Part shown: piece after piece, positions 37,497 through 46,323 of the stretch
Position numbering within the stretch: position 1 is the first letter of the stretch
How the letters are laid out: each line of letters starts with the position of its first letter
From: an uncultured Alphaproteobacteria bacterium
Lineage (GTDB): Bacteria; Pseudomonadota; Alphaproteobacteria; RF32; CAG-239
Reading direction: 5' to 3'
DNA: 64,000 nt
Assembly: GCA_934277545.1 (NCBI GenBank)
Contig: CAKQUG010000008.1
Location: forward strand, 6,862 to 70,861
Made by a program: the position numbers and the translations under genes
The notes under the pieces: model-generated
What the model was told of the DNA's origin: nothing
The model's database searches: none
Seen by the model: the letters and a program-made list of their open reading frames with translations, nothing else

Positions 37497-38402
37497 CTAC
37501 TGCTTTTGCTTGTTTTTTATACTTTTGGAATTATCGCCTAAAACAATCATCAATACAGCCGCCAAAATCAGGATAATTCCGCAGACAATGCGTACGGATA
37601 AATGCTCGCCGAACACAAAAACACCGATAAACACAGCGGTAACCGGCTCTAAAGCGCCCAAAATCGCTGACAGAGTCGGACCAATCAGTTTTATGGCGAT
37701 TGTCATTGTTTCAAGCGAGATAATAGTCGGTATAATCGCCGAACCCAGCAAACAAGCCAGCATAAACCAGGAATTTATCGGCTGTAACTCTATTCCGAAA
37801 TTAGAGGCAAAAAAGAACACGAACAACCCAAAAAACATCACATAAAAAGTCAGCTTGGAATATTGCACGCGCTTCAGCATTTTTACATTTTTCAGCGCCA
37901 CCATATAAACCGCATACGCCAATGCCGAAATAAGTACCAACCCCACGCCGGTCAAATTTAACGTCTGTCCGTCTTTGCCTTCATAAAACAGACCGATTCC
38001 AACCGTAGTCAAAACAATAGCCGCCACTGTTTTGAACGAGATTTTTTCGTGAAAAAACATAGCCATCATCAGTGCTACTATAATCGGATATATAAATAAA
38101 ATGGTTGAGGCAATGCCAGCGCCGATATAAATATAGCTTTGAAACAAGGTTAAAGATGAAATGGCAAACACCACGCCCAGCGGCATTAAAACTCCGGCTT
38201 CACGCAGCGAAATTTTCAGAGAGATTTTTTTGTGCAGTGTCAACCACAAACCAAAAATAATCAGAGCCAAACCATAGCGGTAAAACAGCACAGAATTAGA
38301 CGTTATGCCGGCGGCAAACAGCGGCAAAGCGAACAGCGGATTCATACCGTAACAGCAAGTTCCCCAAATTCCCAGTAAAATTCCCCTATTTTTTCTTTTC
38401 AT
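37497..38402 (-). CDS. EamA/DMT-superfamily transporter
   Basis: Ten predicted TM helices in two EamA-like halves; 301 aa. Confidence 0.7.
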   Translation of the reverse strand: MKRKNRGILLGIWGTCCYGMNPLFALPLFAAGITSNSVLFYRYGLALIIFGLWLTLHKKISLKISLREAGVLMPLGVVFAISSLTLFQSYIYIGAGIASTILFIYPIIVALMMAMFFHEKISFKTVAAIVLTTVGIGLFYEGKDGQTLNLTGVGLVLISALAYAVYMVALKNVKMLKRVQYSKLTFYVMFFGLFVFFFASNFGIELQPINSWFMLACLLGSAIIPTIISLETMTIAIKLIGPTLSAILGALEPVTAVFIGVFVFGEHLSVRIVCGIILILAAVLMIVLGDNSKSIKNKQKQ

Positions 38403-38529
38403 TTTCCCCTCTTTTTCAGATTATATTTTTATAAAAGCGAGTGCTACTACCTGACCTGTGTTTTGTCAATATAAAAAAACGGCACATATTATAGAATGTA
38501 CCGCTTAAATAAAATATCACAGACTTGTT

Positions 38530-39867
38530 TTACGCTGCTTTTTTAAGTGTTTTTGCAGACTTGTCATATTTTTTGCCGATACCCTGATATTTAAATCCCA
38601 GCGCTTGCGCCTGTTCGGCCTCCAACAAATTACGGCAATCCACTATATTTTTATGTCTCATTAAGTTTGCCGCCAAATTCAAGTCCAAAGTCTTAAACTC
38701 GTTCCACTCGGTTAAAACGGCCAAAACATCAGCGTCTTTAAGGCAAGCGTACATATCGTCGGCATAACCGATTTTATCGCCCAACAAACGACAAGCCGTG
38801 CCCATAGCCTTTGGGTCATACGCCATAATATCGGCGTTTTTTTCTAACAAATTACCCACAATTTCCAGCGCAGGACTTTCACGGCAATCATCAGTGCCGT
38901 TTTTAAACGCCAGTCCCAACACGGCAATTTTAGGATTTTTCAAATCTTTAACTTCATTCCAAATCCGCTCGGCCATGCGTTTTTTACGTTTTATGTTTCC
39001 GGCTATTGCCGCGTTAATCAGCGTCATTTCCACATTATTTTGCCGCGCCATATAGGCCATTGCCATAGTGTCTTTCGGAAAACAACTGCCGCCATAACCG
39101 GGACCTGCATTCAAAAAGCGATTTCCAATACGATTATCCAGCCCCATGCCCTGTGCAACTTCACTGATGTCTGCTCCCGTTTTTTCACAAAAATCCGCCA
39201 TTTCGTTAATATAATGAATTTTCATTGCCAAAAAAGCGTTTGAAGCATATTTAATGGTTTCGCTGGAACGGCGCTTTACAAACAACATATTGGTTTTACC
39301 GGCAAACGGCTGATACAGTTCTTTAATAACATTGCGCGCACGCTCGGTGTCTGCGCCGACAACTATTCTGTCCGGATTAAAGAAGTCATGCACGGCAAAG
39401 CCTTCGCGCAAAAATTCCGGTAAAGAAATCACATCAAAATCAGCAAACGGATTTTTCTTTGATATTAAAGCCTCCACATCGTCTCCGGTTCCAACCGGCA
39501 CGGTAGATTTGGTAGCAATCACCGTATATCCGGTCAAATACTCGGCCAATTCGGTGGCTGCGGCGTGAATATATTTCATATCTGCTTCTTTAGTTACGGG
39601 ATGTGGAGGAGTTCCTACGGCAATCAGCACCACATCAGCATCGGCCACGCCCTCTTTCATGGAAGTGGTGAATTTAATTCTGCCGGCTTTTACATTTTTT
39701 TGAAATAACTCTTCCAAACCGTCTTCATACAGTGTTAATTTTCCGGCTTGCAAGGCTTCAATTTTTTTCGGTTCACGGTCTATGCACACCACCAAGTTAC
39801 CAAGCTCAGCCAAGCCGACTCCTGTTGGCAGCCCGACATATCCGGTTCCGATTATTCCCACTTTCAT
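38530..39867 (-). CDS. UDP-glucose 6-dehydrogenase (nucleotide-sugar dehydrogenase family)
   Basis: N-terminal Rossmann motif MKVGIIGTGYVGLP, catalytic Cys motif GGSCFPKD, and the C-terminal UDP-binding domain. Confidence 0.85.
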   Translation of the reverse strand: MKVGIIGTGYVGLPTGVGLAELGNLVVCIDREPKKIEALQAGKLTLYEDGLEELFQKNVKAGRIKFTTSMKEGVADADVVLIAVGTPPHPVTKEADMKYIHAAATELAEYLTGYTVIATKSTVPVGTGDDVEALISKKNPFADFDVISLPEFLREGFAVHDFFNPDRIVVGADTERARNVIKELYQPFAGKTNMLFVKRRSSETIKYASNAFLAMKIHYINEMADFCEKTGADISEVAQGMGLDNRIGNRFLNAGPGYGGSCFPKDTMAMAYMARQNNVEMTLINAAIAGNIKRKKRMAERIWNEVKDLKNPKIAVLGLAFKNGTDDCRESPALEIVGNLLEKNADIMAYDPKAMGTACRLLGDKIGYADDMYACLKDADVLAVLTEWNEFKTLDLNLAANLMRHKNIVDCRNLLEAEQAQALGFKYQGIGKKYDKSAKTLKKAA

Positions 39868-39896
39868 TTTTATTCCTTTTGTTGAAATTTACACAT

Positions 39897-40364
39897 TTAA
39901 TAAATTGTTTTAGATTTTTGCTGATATTCTTCAAATAGTTTCAAACAATCAGTTCTATCCAATTCCACCATATCCAACACTGATTTGTCGTTGCATTTAT
40001 TTTCTATATAACGATAAATAAAATCATCTCTAAAACCGATGTGTTCTGCGTCTTCGGGCCGGCATCCGAAATATACTTTTTTAATGTTTGCCCAAATAAT
40101 GGCGGATAAACACATCGGACAAGGATAAGCCGTAGTATATAAAACACAACCGCCTAAATCATAACTGCCGATTTTTTTGCAGGCAGTACGGATAGCATTA
40201 ACTTCCGCATGCGCGGTTGGGTCATTGTCGCGCAGAACCGAATTTGAAGTAACAGCTAAAATTTCGCCGGCTTCTGAAATTACTGCCGCACCGAACGGAC
40301 CGCCGATATTTTCATTCATCGTCTTGCGTGCCTGTTCCATAGCCAAACGTAAAATTTCGTTCAT
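39897..40364 (-). CDS. Zinc-dependent nucleoside/nucleotide deaminase (CDA/TadA/guanine-deaminase family)
   Basis: HAE..(N)..PCPMC zinc-binding signature (HAEVNAIRTA..YPCPMCLSAI). Confidence 0.75.
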   Translation of the reverse strand: MNEILRLAMEQARKTMNENIGGPFGAAVISEAGEILAVTSNSVLRDNDPTAHAEVNAIRTACKKIGSYDLGGCVLYTTAYPCPMCLSAIIWANIKKVYFGCRPEDAEHIGFRDDFIYRYIENKCNDKSVLDMVELDRTDCLKLFEEYQQKSKTIY

Positions 40365-40376
40365 AAAAAAACACTC

Positions 40377-40811
40377 CTAGTAATTATAATATATCGTTTC
40401 GCCCAAACTGTTTTGATGAGATGTCTTCTTCAGTTGTCCGGTACTGTCCCGATACTCTGTATCTCCCAAACTGTTTTGATGTGAAGTACCCATCAGCATA
40501 CCACTGTTATCACGATATTCGGTATCACCCAAACTATTTTGTCTGGAAGTTCCGGTAAGCATACCGCTACTGTTGCGATATTCGGTTTCGCCTAAGCTGT
40601 TTTCTCGTGAAGTACCGACCAAACGTCCGCTATTATCACGATATTCGGTTTCACCCAATCCATTTTGGCGAGAAGTTCCCACCAAACTGCCGTTACTGTC
40701 TCTGTACTCGGTATCGCCCAAACTATTGGTATGATGACTTCTGACCTCGCCAAAACAAAAAGCCTGCGCTGACAACGGCAACAATAAGCATGCTATCAGT
40801 AAATATTTCAT
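40377..40811 (-). CDS. Secreted tandem-repeat protein (5.5 copies of a 21-aa unit NSLGDTEYRDNSG.L.GTS.Q)
   Basis: Signal peptide MKYLLIACLLLPLSAQA, then 63-bp DNA tandem repeats spanning about 40380..40727. Confidence 0.55.
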   Translation of the reverse strand: MKYLLIACLLLPLSAQAFCFGEVRSHHTNSLGDTEYRDSNGSLVGTSRQNGLGETEYRDNSGRLVGTSRENSLGETEYRNSSGMLTGTSRQNSLGDTEYRDNSGMLMGTSHQNSLGDTEYRDSTGQLKKTSHQNSLGETIYYNY

Positions 40812-40883
40812 AAATTACTCCTTATTACAATTATTGTATATAATACAACCGACTTTTAAAGTAGCAAGGAAATTTTTATAAAT

Positions 40884-41381
40884 TCACAGTGTTAAATCGG
40901 CAAATTCGGCACCGATTACAGCCGCCAAGGCTTCTGCGTTTAACTCCAAAGTTACGCCTATTTTTCCGCCCGAAAGACAAATTGTGTCAAACAATATCGC
41001 AGTTTCATCAATAAAAACCGGAAATTGTTTTTTCATTCCAATCGGAGAGCACCCGCCGTGTATGTAACCTGTGAGCGGCAAAAGTTTTTTCAGCGGCAAC
41101 ATTTCTAAATTTTTCACACCGGCGGCATGAGCGGCTTTTTTAACGCTAAGTTCGGCATTTGCCGGAATCACAAATACAAAATGCTCAAACCCATGCTGGT
41201 CGTTTGGCGCCTGCGTTACCAAAGTTTTAAACACCTGTTCTTCCGGCTTTTGCAAATATTGCGCCACACTTTTAGCATCAACGCCGTCTGTTACTTCATA
41301 TTCATACACTTTATACGGAATTTTGGCTGTTTCCACAATCCGCATGGCATTTGTTTTTATCATTTTATCTACGTTTTTCAT
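40884..41381 (-). CDS. ybaK: YbaK/EbsC-type Cys-tRNA(Pro)/aminoacyl-tRNA deacylase
   Basis: Conserved ..HGGCSPIG.. and ..K...... motifs of the YbaK family; about 160 aa. Confidence 0.8.
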   Translation of the reverse strand: MKNVDKMIKTNAMRIVETAKIPYKVYEYEVTDGVDAKSVAQYLQKPEEQVFKTLVTQAPNDQHGFEHFVFVIPANAELSVKKAAHAAGVKNLEMLPLKKLLPLTGYIHGGCSPIGMKKQFPVFIDETAILFDTICLSGGKIGVTLELNAEALAAVIGAEFADLTL

Positions 41382-41535
41382 AATTTTTTTTATATAAATT
41401 TTAACTTAAACTGTCAACCCTGTTTTTTATGCAAAAAATTTACAAAAAATTGAAAAAAGGTATTGCAATTTAGTAATAAAGATAGCTATATAAGTAAATG
41501 ATTTTTTGAACATATTTTTAGATTGGAGATAAAAC

Positions 41536-42483
41536 ATGAAAGTTGGTATTATCGGTGCCGGTTCAGTTGGAAGCGCTGCGGCATTTTCTTTGATGATGAC
41601 AGGCGTTGCACATAAAGTAATTTTGATTGACATGAACGAGAAAAAAGCTCAGGCAGAAGCTATGGATATTGCTCATGCCGCTCCGTTCGGTCATGCCGGA
41701 AAAATAAAAGCCGGAACTTATGAAGATTTGGAAGGTTGCGAAGTCGTTATCGTAACTGCCGGCGCCAATCAAAAACCTGGCGAAACCCGTATTGACCTTT
41801 TGGGCCGCAACGTTAAAATTTTTGAAAGCATTATTCCGCAAGTTGCAAAATACGCTCCGGATTCAATTTTACTGATTACCGCCAACCCGGCAGACATTAT
41901 GACTGAAGTTGCTCGCAAACTTTCCGGTTTTCCGAAAGAACGCGTTATCGGCAGCGGTACGGTTTTGGATACTTCTCGTTTCAGAACATTGCTGGCCTTT
42001 TACTTGGGTGTTTCCACAAAATCCGTACATGCCGATGTTATCGGTGAACACGGCGACAGCGAAGTTTTGATTTGGTCTAACGCCGAAGCCGGAACTTTGT
42101 CTTTGGACGAATATGCTGCCAGCGTAAACAAAGTATTAGATGACGCTAAAAAAGCAGAAATCAAAGACGGTGTTGTTAACGCTGCTTACAAAATTATTGA
42201 AGGCAAAGGCGCTACTTTCTATGGTATAGCCGGTGCTCTGACACAAATTTGCCGTGCTATCAGCAATAATGAATATGCTATTTTGACAGTATCTTCTCAC
42301 CACGATGATATTGAAGGTGTTAAGGGTGTAAGTCTGTCTTTGCCGACAGTTATTAACAAAAAAGGTATATTCCACGTTATTTCTCCAAAACTTTCTGACG
42401 ATGAACGCGCAAAATTGAAATCCAGCGCCGAAATTATGAAAGAATATACCGACAAAGCATTAGCAATGATTGCCGACAAATAA
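41536..42483 (+). CDS. ldh: L-lactate dehydrogenase
   Basis: GxGxxG NAD motif, GANQKPGETR loop with Gln (LDH-type rather than the Arg of MDH), and IGEHGDS catalytic His. Confidence 0.85.
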   Translation: MKVGIIGAGSVGSAAAFSLMMTGVAHKVILIDMNEKKAQAEAMDIAHAAPFGHAGKIKAGTYEDLEGCEVVIVTAGANQKPGETRIDLLGRNVKIFESIIPQVAKYAPDSILLITANPADIMTEVARKLSGFPKERVIGSGTVLDTSRFRTLLAFYLGVSTKSVHADVIGEHGDSEVLIWSNAEAGTLSLDEYAASVNKVLDDAKKAEIKDGVVNAAYKIIEGKGATFYGIAGALTQICRAISNNEYAILTVSSHHDDIEGVKGVSLSLPTVINKKGIFHVISPKLSDDERAKLKSSAEIMKEYTDKALAMIADK

Positions 42484-42505
42484 GTTTTGTTGCTTTATGT
42501 AGAAA

Positions 42506-42531
42506 AAGAGGTCGGACACCGGCCTCTTTTT
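42506..42531 (+). terminator. Rho-independent terminator after ldh
   Basis: gaggtcggacaccggcctc hairpin followed by TTTTT. Confidence 0.6.
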
Positions 42532-42658
42532 CAATTTTAAAAGATTCTCAATGTCAAATCAAATCATCTTTATTTTTCGGAATAGTTTTGTTTTTTGCCT
42601 TGAAAGGTTAGATTTTTCGTATTATTATATCGGCGAAAATAATTAAAAAAGGATAATT

Positions 42659-43828
42659 ATGCCTATGAAAAAAATTGTTCTTTGCTGTATGTTCTCAATG
42701 GCTTTCACAGCAAATTCTTACGCTCAAGCAGTTGACTTGTTTGATGACGATACATTAAATTCTCCGTCGGCGACAGAAGTCAAAACCGAGCAAAAAGCTC
42801 AGCAGTTAAATGAAAATTCCACTGAAACTCAAAATGAAACCGCAGATGAAGGAATGTTCAGCTTTATCACAAAGCCGATTTCTCTTTTATTTTCTGCCGA
42901 AGATAAAGTTACCTCGCCAGACGGCAAAGAGGAGACTTTTTTAGAAAAAAGCACACGTCAGGCACACGAAGGCAAACTTGAAGACCAAATGAACCTGGCT
43001 TATATGTATTTATACGGAACCAACGGCGTAAATCAAGATTTTGCCAAATCTTTTGAGTTTTATCAAATGGCAGCGGCGCAAAACGACCCGGTAGCTCTCA
43101 ATAATTTGGGAAGTTTATATTTTAACGGTATCGGCACCGAAGCAAATGCTAAAAAGGCTATTGAAATGTTCGGCAAAGCGGCGGAACTCGGCAACGATAA
43201 TGCTGCCACCAACTTGGCGTTTATTTATCTTAAAGGCGGAGTAAAAGACCCTGCCCGCAACAAAATTGCCATGGGATTATTCAAAAAAGCTGCCGAATCC
43301 GGTAATAATGTAGCTAAATTTATGCTGGGATACGCCTACTATATTGGTTTTGTATATGAACAAAACTATGATTCTGCATACAAATTGATACGCAGCGCCG
43401 CCGGAAAAAACAGCAATCTGGATGAAGCGGAAATTGTGCTGGCCGAAATGTATATCAACGGCCGCGGCACCGTGCAAAACTATAACAAAGGCATTGCCGC
43501 TTACCGCGCTGCCGTAAATCAGGGAAATTCCGAAGCCTATATGAAACTTGCCCGCATTTACGCTACAGGAAAAATAACCATGCCGAATTTGTTAATGGCG
43601 CATTCACTTTATAATATTGCCGCTGTGCAAGAAGAACCTGATGCCGCCAAATACCGCGATGAAATCGGCAAAAAATTACAGCTTGAACAGCTGCTGCAAG
43701 CGCAAAATGATGCTCAAAGTTTTAAACCGAAACCTTCGGAATTAACTTCTTATGTGCGCAAAACTTTCGGTTTCAATATTCGAAGCTATATTGATATGAA
43801 CATCTTAACACCTAAGGAAAATAAATAA
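42659..43828 (+). CDS. Sel1-like repeat (SLR) protein, secreted
   Basis: Signal peptide, then repeated ..A...Y..AA..G...A...LG..Y..G.GV..D...A...F.KAAE.G.. SLR units. Confidence 0.7.
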   Translation: MPMKKIVLCCMFSMAFTANSYAQAVDLFDDDTLNSPSATEVKTEQKAQQLNENSTETQNETADEGMFSFITKPISLLFSAEDKVTSPDGKEETFLEKSTRQAHEGKLEDQMNLAYMYLYGTNGVNQDFAKSFEFYQMAAAQNDPVALNNLGSLYFNGIGTEANAKKAIEMFGKAAELGNDNAATNLAFIYLKGGVKDPARNKIAMGLFKKAAESGNNVAKFMLGYAYYIGFVYEQNYDSAYKLIRSAAGKNSNLDEAEIVLAEMYINGRGTVQNYNKGIAAYRAAVNQGNSEAYMKLARIYATGKITMPNLLMAHSLYNIAAVQEEPDAAKYRDEIGKKLQLEQLLQAQNDAQSFKPKPSELTSYVRKTFGFNIRSYIDMNILTPKENK

Positions 43829-43829
43829 A

Positions 43830-44804
43830 ATGCAAAAAATAAGCAAAAAAAGAATTTTCAAAAAAATTTTATCATGGTCCGGTTTGTTTTTCTTTGGCCT
43901 GGCCGCGTTTATGATTTATAACCAGCTTTCAAAATATTCGCTGGATGAAATTAAAAACGCTATCATCGATGTTCCGGCAAAAAACATTATTTATGCTTGT
44001 ATCGCCTCATTTTGCGGCTATGTTGCCCTATCCTCTTATGATTTTTTAGCCTTACAATACATTCATAAAAAACTTGCCGCCTGGAAATGGATTTTTGCCG
44101 GATTCTTAGGCTTTGCCGTCAGCAATAATGCCGGACACGCCATAATATCCGGCGGAGCGATTCGCTATCGTTTATACACCCGCTGGCGCGTCAATACTTC
44201 CGATATTGTAAAAATGGTTACATTTTCCGGTTTTACTTATCTGGTAGCCTGTTTCTTTTTGGTACTACTTGGCTTCATCTGCTCTCCGCACCATGTCCTT
44301 TCTACCATCTCGTCTCCTTGGATAAACTGGACATTGCTTTTGGTTTCCGGCGGTGGTTTAGCTTTTTATATTTGGGGCAGCACCTATTATAAAAAGCCGA
44401 TTATTATAAAAGAAATCGAGTTTGATACTCCAGGCTTCAAAATGGCCTTAGCGCAGGTAATTATCGGAAGTTTGGATATTTTAATGGCCTCATTGGTACT
44501 TTATTCGGTTTTGGAACACTACATTGAAATTCCGTTTGTAACTTTCATCGGTGCTTTTATCATAGCGCAGATTCTAGGCGTTTACAGTCAAGTTCCGGGT
44601 GGTTTGGGCGTGTTTGAAATTGTATTTGCAAAATTATTGCCGGATGACCAAAATCAAGCAACTTTATTTGCTATTTTAATTTTATACCGCATAATTTATT
44701 ATTTACTTCCATTGTTAATTTCAGGCATAGCTTTGGTTACTTATGAGCTGAAATTAGCCGGACGTTTTTCAATTATAAAAAAAATTAAAAATAAGCAAAA
44801 ATAA
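43830..44804 (+). CDS. UPF0104 / lysylphosphatidylglycerol-synthase-TM-like (flippase-like) membrane protein
   Basis: Eight TM helices with a conserved ..SNNAGHAIISGGAIRYRLY.. region, characteristic of the MprF N-terminal-domain-like family. Confidence 0.6.
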   Translation: MQKISKKRIFKKILSWSGLFFFGLAAFMIYNQLSKYSLDEIKNAIIDVPAKNIIYACIASFCGYVALSSYDFLALQYIHKKLAAWKWIFAGFLGFAVSNNAGHAIISGGAIRYRLYTRWRVNTSDIVKMVTFSGFTYLVACFFLVLLGFICSPHHVLSTISSPWINWTLLLVSGGGLAFYIWGSTYYKKPIIIKEIEFDTPGFKMALAQVIIGSLDILMASLVLYSVLEHYIEIPFVTFIGAFIIAQILGVYSQVPGGLGVFEIVFAKLLPDDQNQATLFAILILYRIIYYLLPLLISGIALVTYELKLAGRFSIIKKIKNKQK

Positions 44805-44848
44805 TTATTGACAATGAACAAAATATAAGTTATTAAGGTTTTGTTCTT

Positions 44849-44925
44849 GGCGGGGTAGCTCAGTTGGTTAGAGCGGTGGAATCATAATCCATGTGTCGAG
44901 AGTTCGAATCTCCCCCTCGCTACCA
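44849..44925 (+). tRNA. tRNA-Met (anticodon CAU; an elongator Met or lysidine-modified Ile2 assignment cannot be distinguished by eye)
   Basis: Cloverleaf: acceptor GGCGGGG/CCTCGCT (two G.U pairs), D-arm GCTC-AGTTGGTTA-GAGC, anticodon arm GTGGA-ATCATAA-TCCAT, T-arm GAGAG-TTCGAAT-CTCCC, discriminator A, CCA encoded. Confidence 0.85.
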
Positions 44926-45456
44926 TAACAAAAAAGGTCCTCTTTTGAGGGCTTTTTTTTGTTATAGGATAGCCGGAGATTTGAACTCGGAAAGAGAGTT
45001 CGAGAACAAACGAAAGGCAGACTTTAGGATGCCGGTCAGCAAAGCTGATGAGTGCCGTGTCGACGAAACGAAGTGCAGTCAATCTCCCCCTCGCTACCAT
45101 AACAAAAAAGGTCCTCTTTTGAGGGCTTTTTTTTGTTATAGGATAGCCGGAGATTTGAACTCGGAAAGAGAGTTCGAGAACAAACGAAAGGCAGACTTTA
45201 GGATGCCGGTCAGCAAAGCTGATGAGTGCCGTGTCGACGAAACGAAGTGCAGTCAATCTCCCCCTCGCTACCATAACAAAAAAGGTCCTCTTTTGAGGGC
45301 TTTTTTTTGTTATAGGATAGCCGGAGATTTGAACTCGGAAAGAGAGTTCGAGAACAAACGAAAGGCAGACTTTAGGATGCCGGTCAGCAAAGCTGATGAG
45401 TCCGTGTCGACGAAACAAAGTACAGTCAATCTCCCCCTCGCTACCATAACAAAAAA
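44907..45456. repeat. Tandem array: three 174-bp units (44907, 45081, 45255) plus a 30-bp partial fourth. Each unit begins with the last 19 nt of tRNA-Met (AATCTCCCCCTCGCTACCA) followed by the tRNA terminator hairpin
   Basis: Units 1 and 2 are identical. Unit 3 has a 1-nt deletion and 2 substitutions. The two long track ORFs across this region (both strands) are repeat artefacts. Confidence 0.85.
44936..44960 (+). terminator. Rho-independent terminator of tRNA-Met (ggtcctcttttgagggc + T8), re-duplicated in every repeat unit
   Basis: Hairpin and T-run read directly. Confidence 0.6.
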
Positions 45457-45506
45457 ATGTTAAACTTTGAGCGGATTTCAAACATTGTTTAACATTTTAG
45501 TGAAAA

Positions 45507-45938
45507 TTACTTCTTTTGCCATTGCATTAAAAATTCTTTTTCATTGGTAACATCATCTAATTGCTCACGGATGAAATCAAACTCATTTTGCTTATAAAAT
45601 TTGTAGGCAAGTTCATTTTTTTGATAAACCGATAATCTCAAACTATGATTCAATGATTTTGCATAATTCAGTAATTGCTTTCCAATTCCTTGCGCTCTGG
45701 CATCTCTTTGCACAAAGACGCCTGCGATAAATTCATCTTGCAAGCCTATAAAGCCCTTTATTTGATTATTTTTTTCATCTTCATAAACATAAACTTTGCT
45801 TTGCGGCAGCATTTGCTTAACAAAATCATAGTTTTGCTGCCAATATTCCGCTGCAATAAAATGATGCGCTTGCAGATTACCATCAAGCCATATCTGCATC
45901 ACCGTGTCTAAATCTGTTATTTTCAGCGGTCGTATCAT
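45507..45938 (-). CDS. GNAT-family N-acetyltransferase
   Basis: Acetyl-CoA-binding motif A (..VFVQRDARAQGIGKQLL..); 143 aa. Confidence 0.75.
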   Translation of the reverse strand: MIRPLKITDLDTVMQIWLDGNLQAHHFIAAEYWQQNYDFVKQMLPQSKVYVYEDEKNNQIKGFIGLQDEFIAGVFVQRDARAQGIGKQLLNYAKSLNHSLRLSVYQKNELAYKFYKQNEFDFIREQLDDVTNEKEFLMQWQKK

Positions 45939-46321
45939 TTTTTTCTCGGTGTCGGTAGTTCTTCGTAAATTGCTTTTATCAGTTGGCAGAGAAAATCACT
46001 GTCCTCCACATTATCCACAAGCATCATTTCCTTTGCGTCATCATAGGGAAGTTCCATACTTGCGTTTGGCATCATAGTCATAGCGGCTTTCCCAGGTTTT
46101 ACTAAAAATCTGTCGTCATCAATTCCGCCAATTACTTTGTCACAATAATAAATGATATATTCCCCCATCATCGCCAGATAGAAAACTTCATTCAATTCTG
46201 ACAGTTGGTCAACTATAAAATCCAAGAATTCTTTGCTTAATACCATTATTTTTCCCATTTTGAGAGTAATATTAAGGCAATTTTGGTTTAAAAAGGCATA
46301 AATTGGCTGTGATAAAATCAT
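45935..46321 (-). CDS. TfoX/Sxy N-terminal-domain-like protein
   Basis: ..MMGEYIIYYCDKVIGGIDDDRFLVKP.. resembles the TfoX_N core (FGG.G.Y.DG..FA.I.DD.LYLK). Confidence 0.4.
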   Translation of the reverse strand: MILSQPIYAFLNQNCLNITLKMGKIMVLSKEFLDFIVDQLSELNEVFYLAMMGEYIIYYCDKVIGGIDDDRFLVKPGKAAMTMMPNASMELPYDDAKEMMLVDNVEDSDFLCQLIKAIYEELPTPRKK

Positions 46322-46323
46322 TT

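Noticed and set aside
45040-45090. Hammerhead-ribozyme-like core (CTGATGAG .. 13 nt .. CGAAAC .. GTC) inside each 174-bp repeat unit
   Set aside because: The conserved hexamers are present at roughly the right spacing. However, helices I and III cannot be formed from the flanking sequence and helix II is only 2 to 3 bp, so it is not supported as a functional hammerhead.
44882-45481. Two long track ORFs (199 aa minus, 190 aa plus) spanning the tRNA-Met tandem repeats
   Set aside because: Both are periodic translations of the 174-bp repeat on opposite strands (the same 58-aa unit three times). They exist only because the repeat happens to lack stops, with no RBS or start context, so they are treated as artefacts.
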